From Candidatus Micrarchaeota archaeon (GTDB lineage Archaea > Micrarchaeota > Micrarchaeia > Norongarragalinales > JAPLXB01): 64,000 bases of DNA. The notes beneath the pieces were generated by a model that was not told the origin of the DNA, made no database searches, and worked only from the letters and a program-made list of their open reading frames with translations. The translations under genes were made by a program, and so were the position numbers. The DNA is taken from positions 9,506 through 73,505 of the forward strand of contig JAPLXB010000022.1 of NCBI GenBank assembly GCA_026396285.1, written 5' to 3'. The first letter of the stretch is position 1; each line of letters opens with the position of its first letter. Of the stretch, positions 28,884-37,085 are shown piece after piece.

Positions 28884-30926
28884 TCAGATGAACAGCGGCG
28901 CGAGGACCAGCGTAATCGTGCTCAGCAACTTGATGAGGACGTGCAGGGACGGGCCTGCGGTGTCCTTGAATGGGTCGCCGACCGTGTCCCCCACTACTGC
29001 AGCCTTGTGGGCTTCCGAGCCTTTTCCGCCGTACATGCCGGATTCAATGTATTTCTTTGCATTGTCCCATGCGCCGCCGCCGTTGTTCATCAGCGTCGCC
29101 AACAATACGCCTGCGATTGTGCCAACCATGAGGAAAGCGGCCATTGCCTCTGCCTTGAGCAACACGCCGACCAGTACAGGGAACCCTACCGCAAGCAACC
29201 CCGGCAGCACCATGTTCTTCAGCGCCCCGGTGGTCGTGATGTCCACGCACTTCGCGTAATCAGGCTTGACGCGGCCTTCCATTATTCCCGGTATCTTGAA
29301 CTGGCGCCTGACTTCGGTTATCACGTACTGCGCGGTCTTGCTCACCGCCCTGATTGCGAACGCGGAGAAGACGAAAATGAGCATTGCGCCGAGCATTGCG
29401 CCGATGAAGACGTCGACTTTCGCGATGTCCACTGCGCCGAACGGCTTTCCAGTCAATTTCGCCACGTCGCCCATGTATGCCGAAAAGAGCAGGAATGCGG
29501 CGAGTGCGGCTGAACCGATTGCATATCCTTTTGTCAAGGCTTTTGTCGTGTTTCCAACCGCATCCAAGCGGTCGGTTTTCTTGCGCACAGCCGCTGGCGC
29601 GCCCGACATTTCAATTATTCCGCCGGCGTTGTCCGCAATCGGACCGAACGTGTCCATTGCAAGGATGTATGCCGCGGTGGCGAGCATTCCCATTGTCGCA
29701 ATCGCCGTCCCGTACAATCCGCCGTAGGCGACTCCGGACCATTCGCCGAACTTGTATGCGAGAATCAAGGCGATTGAAATCGCGATTATTGGCAGGCCCG
29801 TGCATTCAAGACCCACTGAAAAGCCGGACAGAATGTTGGTGGCGGGCCCGGTCTTCGATGCTTCGGCTATTTCCTTGACCGGCCTGTACCTGCTCTCGGT
29901 ATAGTATTGCGTTATGTACACGAAGGCGATTGAGAGAATTATTCCAGTGAGGCCCGCGTAAAAGAACCACACGTTGCCCAGCATCCACATCGTCGCCACG
30001 TAAAAGAATATCGCCGCGAGAATCGATGTCACAAAGTACCCGCGGTTCAAGGCGTTCATGGGATCCTCGTCCTCTTTGGCGCGGACGGCCATTATCCCGA
30101 TTATTGACGCAATCAAGCCGAATGCGCGGGCCACGAGCGGGAAAAGGATTCCGCTAATGCCAAAAACAGGGTATAACGCGACTCCGAGTATCATTGCGCC
30201 GATGTTCTCGGCAGCAGTTGATTCGAACAAGTCGGCGCCTCTTCCTGCGCAGTCGCCAACGTTGTCGCCCACCAGGTCCGCAATCACCGCCGGGTTCCTC
30301 GGATCATCCTCAGGGATGCCTGCCTCGACTTTCCCGACCAGGTCTGCGCCGACATCGGCTGCCTTGGTGTAAATCCCTCCGCCCAATTGGGCGAAGAGGG
30401 CGACGAAACTTGCTCCGAAGCCGAAGCCCACCATCATGAAAGGAGTCTCGGTCGGGTTCGCGCCGAGGGCATAGAATATTATGGACACTCCGAGGAGCGA
30501 CATCGCTACTATCGTCAGGCCTGACACGGCCCCGCCCCTCAACGCGATTTTAAGCGCGTTCGCCGCGCTTTTCGTCGAGGCAGCCGCGGTCCTGATGTTG
30601 GTCCTGACTGAAATGAACATGCCGATTATGCCTGCGAGCGCCGAGCAGAATGCGCCGAAAATGAATGAAACCGAGGTGTACCACGCCCTTTGCGGGTCGC
30701 CCAGCGCCGAGTACCCGATGAAAATCACTGCCGCAAGCACGATTGCCAGCGCCGAAATCGTCACGTACTGCCGCTTGAGGAACGCTTCCGCGCCCTCTTT
30801 TATCGCGTCGGAAATAGTGCGCATCTTCGGCGTGCCAGTCTCCTGCTTGAGGACGAACCAAGCGAGGTATCCGGCAAAGCCGAGGCTGATTATGCTTATT
30901 GCGAAAACGAGTTCGAGTGCAAACAT
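28884..30926 (-). CDS. hppA: Membrane-bound proton/sodium-translocating pyrophosphatase
   Basis: 680 aa, about 16 TM helices. GGIYTKAADVGADLVGKVE, DNVGDCAGRGADLFES and AAVVGDTVGDPFKDTAGPSL are H+-PPase signature motifs. Confidence 0.9.
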   Translation of the reverse strand: MFALELVFAISIISLGFAGYLAWFVLKQETGTPKMRTISDAIKEGAEAFLKRQYVTISALAIVLAAVIFIGYSALGDPQRAWYTSVSFIFGAFCSALAGIIGMFISVRTNIRTAAASTKSAANALKIALRGGAVSGLTIVAMSLLGVSIIFYALGANPTETPFMMVGFGFGASFVALFAQLGGGIYTKAADVGADLVGKVEAGIPEDDPRNPAVIADLVGDNVGDCAGRGADLFESTAAENIGAMILGVALYPVFGISGILFPLVARAFGLIASIIGIMAVRAKEDEDPMNALNRGYFVTSILAAIFFYVATMWMLGNVWFFYAGLTGIILSIAFVYITQYYTESRYRPVKEIAEASKTGPATNILSGFSVGLECTGLPIIAISIALILAYKFGEWSGVAYGGLYGTAIATMGMLATAAYILAMDTFGPIADNAGGIIEMSGAPAAVRKKTDRLDAVGNTTKALTKGYAIGSAALAAFLLFSAYMGDVAKLTGKPFGAVDIAKVDVFIGAMLGAMLIFVFSAFAIRAVSKTAQYVITEVRRQFKIPGIMEGRVKPDYAKCVDITTTGALKNMVLPGLLAVGFPVLVGVLLKAEAMAAFLMVGTIAGVLLATLMNNGGGAWDNAKKYIESGMYGGKGSEAHKAAVVGDTVGDPFKDTAGPSLHVLIKLLSTITLVLAPLFI

Positions 30927-31032
30927 CGGCTACCCACCAAACCCCGGGTTATAACGCACAAAGTTTTAAAAAACATTTGGCCGCCGCAGGGCAGCGGATG
31001 TGACAACGGGAAAAGCGCGGGCTGCTGGTTTT

Positions 31033-31410
31033 TCACGTGAACGCTAGGTGGCTCTTCGACCTCAAAGCGATTGCCTGCAGGCCTTTTTTCTTCAGCGCCC
31101 GCCGCAATTCAATGTCGGTCGTGCACACTACCGCCTTTTCCTTCTCGGCGTACTTGGCGATGGCGTTGTCCGCGGGCCCGGTGCCCGGAACGATTTTCAC
31201 CGGCAGCTTGCCCAGAATCGACAGCACTGCTTTTGCCGCGAGCGCGTCCCGCGAACGGCCCGCGGCCAGTGACTTCAGTTCGTCAACGCACGGCGAGACG
31301 ACCACGAGCTCGTTTTTTTCCTCCACGATGCGTTCAAGTTCCTTGAAGACGTCGACCTTGAACTGGAAGGGGACAAGCAGGAAATTGGTGTCCAAGACGA
31401 TTTTTGCCAT
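31033..31410 (-). CDS. PIN-domain nuclease
   Basis: 125 aa. It starts MAKIVLDTNFLL (first acidic residue of a PIN fold) and has later conserved acidic positions (CVDELK..., TTDIELRR). Confidence 0.55.
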   Translation of the reverse strand: MAKIVLDTNFLLVPFQFKVDVFKELERIVEEKNELVVVSPCVDELKSLAAGRSRDALAAKAVLSILGKLPVKIVPGTGPADNAIAKYAEKEKAVVCTTDIELRRALKKKGLQAIALRSKSHLAFT

Positions 31411-31471
31411 GACTGGGTTTGGGATGGGAAAGTAAATAAAATGGCGGCGGCGATAATATTCTCCTGTTTCC

Positions 31472-31594
31472 GGGCCCGTAGCTCAGCTTGGCTAGACCAA
31501 CTGCTTGGGCGATGCTTCGCATCGCCGGGGTAGGCGGGGCTACAGCAGCTGGCTTTTAACCAGAAGGTCGTGGGTTCAAATCCCGCCGGGCCCG
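31472..31594 (+). tRNA. tRNA-Lys(UUU) with a roughly 48-nt non-canonical intron in the D-arm
   Basis: Exon 1 is GGGCCCGUAGCUCAGCUUGGCUAGA (31472-31496). The intron is 31497-31544. Exon 2 is GCAGCUGGCUUUUAACCAGAAGGUCGUGGGUUCAAAUCCCGCCGGGCCCG. Spliced this gives a 75-nt cloverleaf with a 7-bp acceptor stem GGGCCCG/CGGGCCC, discriminator G, a D-stem GCUC/GAGC restored only after intron removal, and anticodon loop CUUUUAA. Confidence 0.65.
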
Positions 31595-31638
31595 CTAAAT
31601 GGATTGGGTGATGCTTGGGGCATTACCGGGTGTTTCGC

Positions 31639-32280
31639 ATGATAATCGTGTTGTTCGGCGCGCCGGGCGTGGGAAAGGGGACTGTCGCGGAAATACTGTG
31701 CAGGCGCTACGGGATTCCGCACGTGAGCACCGGCGACATCCTGCGCACGCACATTGCGAAAAAGACCGAAGCCGGGGAAAAGATAAGGGAGTTTGTGGAC
31801 GCTGGCTTCCTCGTGCCCGACGAAATCGTAACAGAAGTAGTCAGGGACCGGGTGGGCAAAACCGACTGCGCCAAGGGATTCCTCCTTGACGGCTTCCCGC
31901 GCACCGTAGAACAGGCGAGGGAACTTGACAAAATCGCTGCCGAACGTGGAGAAAAAATCCACGTGTTCAACATAGATGTGCCCGAGGACGTTATAGTCCG
32001 GCGGTTGTGCGCGCGCAGGATCTGCCCAAAATGCGGCGCAATATATAATTTGGAGTTCAGGCCTCCGAAGAAGGACATGTTGTGCGACTGCTGCGGCGCA
32101 GCCCTTGCCCACAGGCACGACGACCGCGACGAAATCATCAAGGTAAGGCTCCGCGAATACGGGAAGATGACAAAACCGGTCCTCGACTACTACGGGAAAA
32201 AAGGCATGGCCGCGCACGCGTCCGGCTTGTACAGCGAGGAAGTAATCAACAAGATTGTCGGCGTGCTGGAAAAAAAGTGA
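31639..32280 (+). CDS. adk: Adenylate kinase, bacterial/long type with Zn-binding LID
   Basis: MIIVLFGAPGVGKGT (P-loop). GFLLDGFPRT. A LID with CPKCG...CDCCG four-Cys zinc motif. It ends VLEKK, then a TGA stop. Confidence 0.85.
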   Translation: MIIVLFGAPGVGKGTVAEILCRRYGIPHVSTGDILRTHIAKKTEAGEKIREFVDAGFLVPDEIVTEVVRDRVGKTDCAKGFLLDGFPRTVEQARELDKIAAERGEKIHVFNIDVPEDVIVRRLCARRICPKCGAIYNLEFRPPKKDMLCDCCGAALAHRHDDRDEIIKVRLREYGKMTKPVLDYYGKKGMAAHASGLYSEEVINKIVGVLEKK

Positions 32281-32310
32281 GTGCGGGCCAAGCGCGGCGG
32301 AACCCGTTTT

Positions 32311-33540
32311 TCACGAGACTATTTTCGCGGTGCCGTAAAGGTGCCACCGGTTCTGGGACCGCCGCATCACCGCCAGCGGCGTGGCCTTGTCGGCGCAAAT
32401 GGGTTTCTTCAACTGCAGCGAGAGAATGAAGTTCTTTTTCTTCTTCGCCGACGCCACGAAACCGACCGTCGTGGCGGTCCCTGCGCCGAGCACGAGCGGC
32501 TCGTTCTGAATGAAGGTTTCCGGGAATTTCTGGACCTGGCGCGCAATCGGGAACACTTCGACGCTGAAATCTTTCCACACCGGCGGCAGCGTGCCTGGCC
32601 GACCGGCGACGCATCCGACAAGCGAATCCGCCTTCGTGAGCGACGGGTCAAGGAGCGTGGCTATCCCAATCAACCCGCCGGGCCCTGCTTCTGGAACGCT
32701 TTCCGCGCCGGCGTTCAGCGAAGCGATTTTCGTCTTCACCGGCTCGTAAACGTCCTGCCCCTTCTTATGCCTCAGCATCCCCGGAAGCAGTTCCAGTTCC
32801 TCGCCTGCCCGCAGTTTTCCCTGGAGCAACGAGCCGCCGACCACGCCGCCGAGGATTTTTTCAACGGCGGCGCCCGGCTTGTTCACGTCGAACGAGCGGG
32901 CGACGTACAGCCGCGGCGCGGCATCGAGGTTCCTCTTCGGGGTCGGGATGTTTTCCTGGATCGCCTGCAGCAGGGCGTCAACGTTAATGCGCGAGTTCGC
33001 CGCAACCGGGATTACGGGCGCGTTCTCGTACAGCGTGCCCTTGAGTAAAGCCCGTATTTCCTTGAGGCTCTCGAGCGCCCTTTCCTTCGTCACCAAGTCA
33101 ACCTTGTTCTGGGCGACCACGACGTTCCTTATCCCGACTGTTTCAAGCACTGCCAGGTGCTCCGCGGTCTGTGCCTGAGGGCACTTCTCGCTCGCCGCGA
33201 TGACGAACAACGCGCCGTCTACGATGGATGACGCGGCAATGACCGTCGCCATCAGCGTCTCATGCCCGGGCGCGTCCACGAACGAAATCATGCGCTGCAG
33301 CTCCGCTTGGCCGCCGCACTTGCCGCACTTCTTTGAATTGGTGAAGGCCTCGGGTTCCGGGCACTTGGGGCACTTGTAAACCGCAGTGTCCGCGTAGCCC
33401 AGTTTTATGGTGATGCCGCGCTTCACTTCCTCGGAATGGGTGTCGGTCCATTTCCCGGTCAGCGCATGCGTCAGCGTGGTCTTGCCGTGGTCCACGTGCC
33501 CGGCAGTCATTATGTTTAGTTCCGACTGAACCAATTCCAA
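32311..33540 (-). CDS. eif2g: Translation initiation factor aIF2 gamma subunit
   Basis: 409 aa. G1 GHVDHGKTT, G2, DAPGHE and NKVD GTPase motifs. The aIF2-gamma-specific zinc ribbon CPKC...CGKCG. Ends in TGA. Confidence 0.9.
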   Translation of the reverse strand: MELVQSELNIMTAGHVDHGKTTLTHALTGKWTDTHSEEVKRGITIKLGYADTAVYKCPKCPEPEAFTNSKKCGKCGGQAELQRMISFVDAPGHETLMATVIAASSIVDGALFVIAASEKCPQAQTAEHLAVLETVGIRNVVVAQNKVDLVTKERALESLKEIRALLKGTLYENAPVIPVAANSRINVDALLQAIQENIPTPKRNLDAAPRLYVARSFDVNKPGAAVEKILGGVVGGSLLQGKLRAGEELELLPGMLRHKKGQDVYEPVKTKIASLNAGAESVPEAGPGGLIGIATLLDPSLTKADSLVGCVAGRPGTLPPVWKDFSVEVFPIARQVQKFPETFIQNEPLVLGAGTATTVGFVASAKKKKNFILSLQLKKPICADKATPLAVMRRSQNRWHLYGTAKIVS

Positions 33541-33662
33541 GCACCGAAATCCAATTAAACCGCTGCGCCAAAAAACGCTTTTAACGCCTTTTTTCCGCGG
33601 TTGTGAAATAGTGGGGCGCGGGTTTATTTTAAATCCTCGCCCTAAAAGAACAGCGTGGTAAA

Positions 33663-35243
33663 ATGGCGAAAGTCCACTGGGCCGACCAGGCTGCGGAAAA
33701 ACTGCTGAAGAACGAGAGCAACATCGTCGCCAGCGGCACGTCCATCTCGGGCAAGCCCCACATCGGCAACGCCAACGACGTGATACGCGCGGGCATCATC
33801 GTCGAGGCAACCAAGCAGGCGGGCGGCCGGGCGGACCTCGTGTGGGTGTCGGACAACATGGACCCCATGCGCCGCGTGCCCGAAGGCCTGCCGAAAGAGT
33901 TCGAGGAATACATGGGGATGCCGTATTCGGACATACCCGACTTGGAAGGGTGCCACGCCAGTTTCGCGGAACACTATGAAAAAATCCTCTTGGACGAAGT
34001 GGGTGCGGCTGGCGCGTTCCCAATGGTTTTCAATGGCAGGGACATGTACCGCTCCGGAATGTACGACAACGCGATAAGGACCGCGATTGAGAAAAGAGCG
34101 GAAATAAAGGCGATCCTCGACCGTTTCAGGGAACACCCGCTGCCGGCAGACTGGTTCCCGTTCAACCCGATTTGCAGCAACTGCGGGCGCGTCGCCACGC
34201 CCAAAGTCACCGGCTACGCGGACGGCAAAATAAGCTATGCCTGCGCAGACGCGGTGGTTGGAAAGGGGGAGAACCCGGTCAAGGGCTGCGGCAACGAAGG
34301 CACCGCCGACTTCCACGAGGGGAAACTGGTGTGGCGCGTGGAGTGGCCCGCGCGGTGGAAGTTCCTTGAAGTCACGTGCGAGCCGTTCGGGAAAGAGCAC
34401 GCCGCCGCAGGCGGGTCATGGGACACCGGCAAACTGATTTCGGAACAAATTTACGGTTATCCTGCGCCGCTTCCGATAATTTACGAGCACTTCCAGGTCG
34501 GGGGGCAGAAAATGAGCAAGAGCATCGGGAACGTGGTGACGGTCGGCGACTGGCTGGAGTGCGCGCCGCCCGAAACCTTGAGGTATTACCTTTTCGCAGG
34601 GGACATCAACGTCGCCAAGGACATGGACATAACGACGGTAATGCCGCACGTGATGGAGGAATACCAGCGCGTGGAAAGGATTTACTTCGGCCGCGCCCGC
34701 GAAGGAGAGGCGCCGAAGGAAGAGGAGGCTGCCGGCAAGCTGAAGCGCATTTACGAACTCAGCCAGTTGAAGTGTGTTGCGCCGAAGGAGATGCCGGCGC
34801 AGGTTCCGTACGGGTTCGCGGCGCTCCTCGCGCAGGTGGCGCCGTCGCGGGAGAAGAAAATCGAGGTCTTAAAACGCACCGGCCACTTTGACGAAAAACT
34901 GGCGGACGCGATAATGGATTTCGTGGAAAGGGCGGGTTTCTGGGCGCGGAAATACAAGGCCGAGGGGTACGTGGTTGAATTCGCTGGCGCAGCCGAGGCT
35001 AAGAAGGCGCTGGGTGCGGAAAAAGCCGCTACGGTAAAGGCATTCGCGGCCGCCTATGAGAAAAAGGATTTGCGGGACGCGGTGAAGGCGTGCGCCGCGG
35101 CAACCGGCAAGTCGGACAAGGAGGTTTTCGCGGCGGTTTACCTCGCGCTGTTTGCAAAGGAAAAGGGGCCGCGCCTCGCTTCGCTCGAGGACGCGGTGGG
35201 GAAGGAAAAGCTGCTGAAAATACTGAAAGAGGCGGTTTCGTGA
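33663..35243 (+). CDS. lysK: Lysyl-tRNA synthetase, class I (archaeal type)
   Basis: 526 aa. HIGN (HIGH-class motif) near the N-terminus and GGQKMSKSIGN (KMSKS). The size and layout are typical of class I LysRS. Confidence 0.85.
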   Translation: MAKVHWADQAAEKLLKNESNIVASGTSISGKPHIGNANDVIRAGIIVEATKQAGGRADLVWVSDNMDPMRRVPEGLPKEFEEYMGMPYSDIPDLEGCHASFAEHYEKILLDEVGAAGAFPMVFNGRDMYRSGMYDNAIRTAIEKRAEIKAILDRFREHPLPADWFPFNPICSNCGRVATPKVTGYADGKISYACADAVVGKGENPVKGCGNEGTADFHEGKLVWRVEWPARWKFLEVTCEPFGKEHAAAGGSWDTGKLISEQIYGYPAPLPIIYEHFQVGGQKMSKSIGNVVTVGDWLECAPPETLRYYLFAGDINVAKDMDITTVMPHVMEEYQRVERIYFGRAREGEAPKEEEAAGKLKRIYELSQLKCVAPKEMPAQVPYGFAALLAQVAPSREKKIEVLKRTGHFDEKLADAIMDFVERAGFWARKYKAEGYVVEFAGAAEAKKALGAEKAATVKAFAAAYEKKDLRDAVKACAAATGKSDKEVFAAVYLALFAKEKGPRLASLEDAVGKEKLLKILKEAVS

Positions 35244-35749
35244 TTTGGATCGTTCTTGCTTTAGTTATCGGATTCATTATAGGGGTGGTGGCTGGGTTTT
35301 ATCTCAGATATCGCGAGAAGCACAAGGCTCTTTGGAAGAGGTATTCAACCATTAAAGAATCCCTCAAAAAACGCGGTATAAAATATAACGACGTCTGGGC
35401 AGAACTCATTGCTTCAGATCCCTCAAATATTCCGTCTGATAAAACCATGAAGGAAATAAATGAAGTTGCTGATGGTAGTGGCCGCGCACTAAAACAAGCG
35501 TGCAGAAACGAAGTTTTCAGAGATTTTCCCGTTATTGGCATTGTTGTTGAACTTATAGGAATGGAGTTATTGAGAAAATCCACTGACCGAGGTTTTCACG
35601 AGGCGGAGACAACGGAATCAAAAATGCAGATTGAAAAATACTTGGATAAGAAATCTGTTCAAAAAATAATTGCAAAAATCAGAAAACTAAGCGAAGAGAC
35701 AACTGATTACTGCAAAAAGGAATTCAGGATAATATACCGGTTGCACTGA
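35240..35749 (+). CDS. Small membrane-anchored protein, markedly AT-rich gene (hypothetical)
   Basis: GTG start overlapping the lysK stop (GTGA). An N-terminal TM (IWIVLALVIGFIIGVVAGFYL) then a roughly 140-aa Lys/Glu-rich soluble domain. GC is about 40% against about 62% in the flanks. Its stop is 3 nt from the convergent endA stop. Confidence 0.35.
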   Translation: MIWIVLALVIGFIIGVVAGFYLRYREKHKALWKRYSTIKESLKKRGIKYNDVWAELIASDPSNIPSDKTMKEINEVADGSGRALKQACRNEVFRDFPVIGIVVELIGMELLRKSTDRGFHEAETTESKMQIEKYLDKKSVQKIIAKIRKLSEETTDYCKKEFRIIYRLH

Positions 35750-35752
35750 TTT

Positions 35753-36904
35753 TCACGGCTGCGTCCATTCTATTTCGTAGTACTCGTACTTGCTGCCCGG
35801 AAGCTCCACTCTCTTCACCCGGTAGTGAGTGATGGAAGTTTCGCGGTCGCAGATGGAGAGTATCAGTTCAAGGCCGACTTCCTTCGCGCGGCGCAGCGCC
35901 TGTGCCAGTTCCTGCCCCCCGATTTCCTCCTCTTCGCTTAGGGCCAGCATCACGAACTTCGGCTTGTCTTCCCTCGGGTTTTCTATCGCCCCGTGCTTCC
36001 GGTGGTACAACAGGAAGTCTAGTTCGGCGGCAGTCTCCTTTTTTTCGCCGGGAATCGCGAGGATGAACGTTTTTTTCACGCCGTGCGCCACGCGGATGGC
36101 GCGTGCCCATTCGCTGATTAGCATCTTGCTGTCGCGGGGGAACACGTGGATGACGTGCTTGGAGTGCATCCACTCCTCGTTCTCGAGCGTCGGTGACGCG
36201 CCCGGGAAGTAGAGGCGGAAGTGGGTGCCGAACTTGAAACCGGTTTTGAGCACGAAGCCGCGGAGGCGCCAGTCCTCGTAAACGTCGTACAGCGCGTTGA
36301 AGTCCTGCCGCCTTTGCGTCGCTTCCTTCACGAGCCGGGCTTCCTTGATGTTCAACACGTATCCGCCGTGGCGCATGAGGAAAAGCGTCTCGTACGCGTC
36401 GAGTTTGTTGAATTTCCCGTGCTTCCGCGCCTTGTACGTCCCGTACTGGCCGAACCAGTCGCGCTCATAAAGCGCCAGGCCTTTTTCCTCGTCGTCAATG
36501 ACGCTCATCAAGTCGTCGTACAAAAACAGGCCTCTGGCTTTCACGCGCGGGCAGTCAAAGTGCTTGGAAGGGTATTTCACCACCGGGCTGCGGCCGTAGT
36601 TGCCTTCGGCCTCGTCCATGGGCCTTGCCACGAGCCCGCGGTCGCGCCAGTCGCGGTAGCAGAAATAGCGCGCCATGAACTTTTTTCCCTGGAGTTTTGA
36701 CGCTAGGCGGTTGAAGGAAACCTGCTTGCCGTTGTGCGTGCAGGAGGCGTTCCTCACGTCCATCAAGTACAATGCTTCCACCGGCATTAGCTCCAGGACG
36801 TTTTTCCCGGTTTTTTTCCCGAAAAAGCCGCGCTCAAGCGCCTGCTCGGAAGTTATTTCCTTTGCCAGCACGCGTTCTCCGTCAAATTCAATAGTGACTG
36901 CCAT
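35753..36904 (-). CDS. endA: tRNA-splicing endonuclease EndA, long single-chain multi-unit form (about 383 aa)
   Basis: The true start MAVTIEFDG is at 36904. The 647-aa ORF-track version has a low-complexity spurious N-extension. Unit 1 is degenerate (YFCYRDWRDRGLVA, no catalytic triad). Unit 2 is catalytic: ALYDVYEDWRLRGFVLKTGFKFGTHFRLY...HSKHVIHVF...AHGVKK, carrying the Tyr/His/Lys triad. A further roughly 90-aa C-terminal segment resembles the last strand-helix-strand of an EndA C-domain (FVMLAL...AQALRRAKEVGLELILSI). Confidence 0.75.
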   Translation of the reverse strand: MAVTIEFDGERVLAKEITSEQALERGFFGKKTGKNVLELMPVEALYLMDVRNASCTHNGKQVSFNRLASKLQGKKFMARYFCYRDWRDRGLVARPMDEAEGNYGRSPVVKYPSKHFDCPRVKARGLFLYDDLMSVIDDEEKGLALYERDWFGQYGTYKARKHGKFNKLDAYETLFLMRHGGYVLNIKEARLVKEATQRRQDFNALYDVYEDWRLRGFVLKTGFKFGTHFRLYFPGASPTLENEEWMHSKHVIHVFPRDSKMLISEWARAIRVAHGVKKTFILAIPGEKKETAAELDFLLYHRKHGAIENPREDKPKFVMLALSEEEEIGGQELAQALRRAKEVGLELILSICDRETSITHYRVKRVELPGSKYEYYEIEWTQP

Positions 36905-37085
36905 TGGGCGTCTCCTCCGCGGGCACCAAAACCCCTTGATTGTCTGCTGCCCGGCGATTGAGTCGGCGAGCCTCTGCGGCTCTTTTAATATTCGCGCTGC
37001 CTTGATTAAAAAAGCGACTGCTTTGCAGCGGAGCCGGCGGGCCTGCCCGTCCTCCGGTCTGCCGCGTGCGGCGGGGGTAGCGGGA

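Noticed and set aside
32278-32313. Genome-wide TGA recoding (raised by the in-frame TGA before the pilin-like N-terminus at 38811)
   Set aside because: adk (…VLEKK-TGA), aIF2-gamma, lysK, the 1291 ORF and several others end in TGA at the lengths expected for their families. TGA functions as a stop here.
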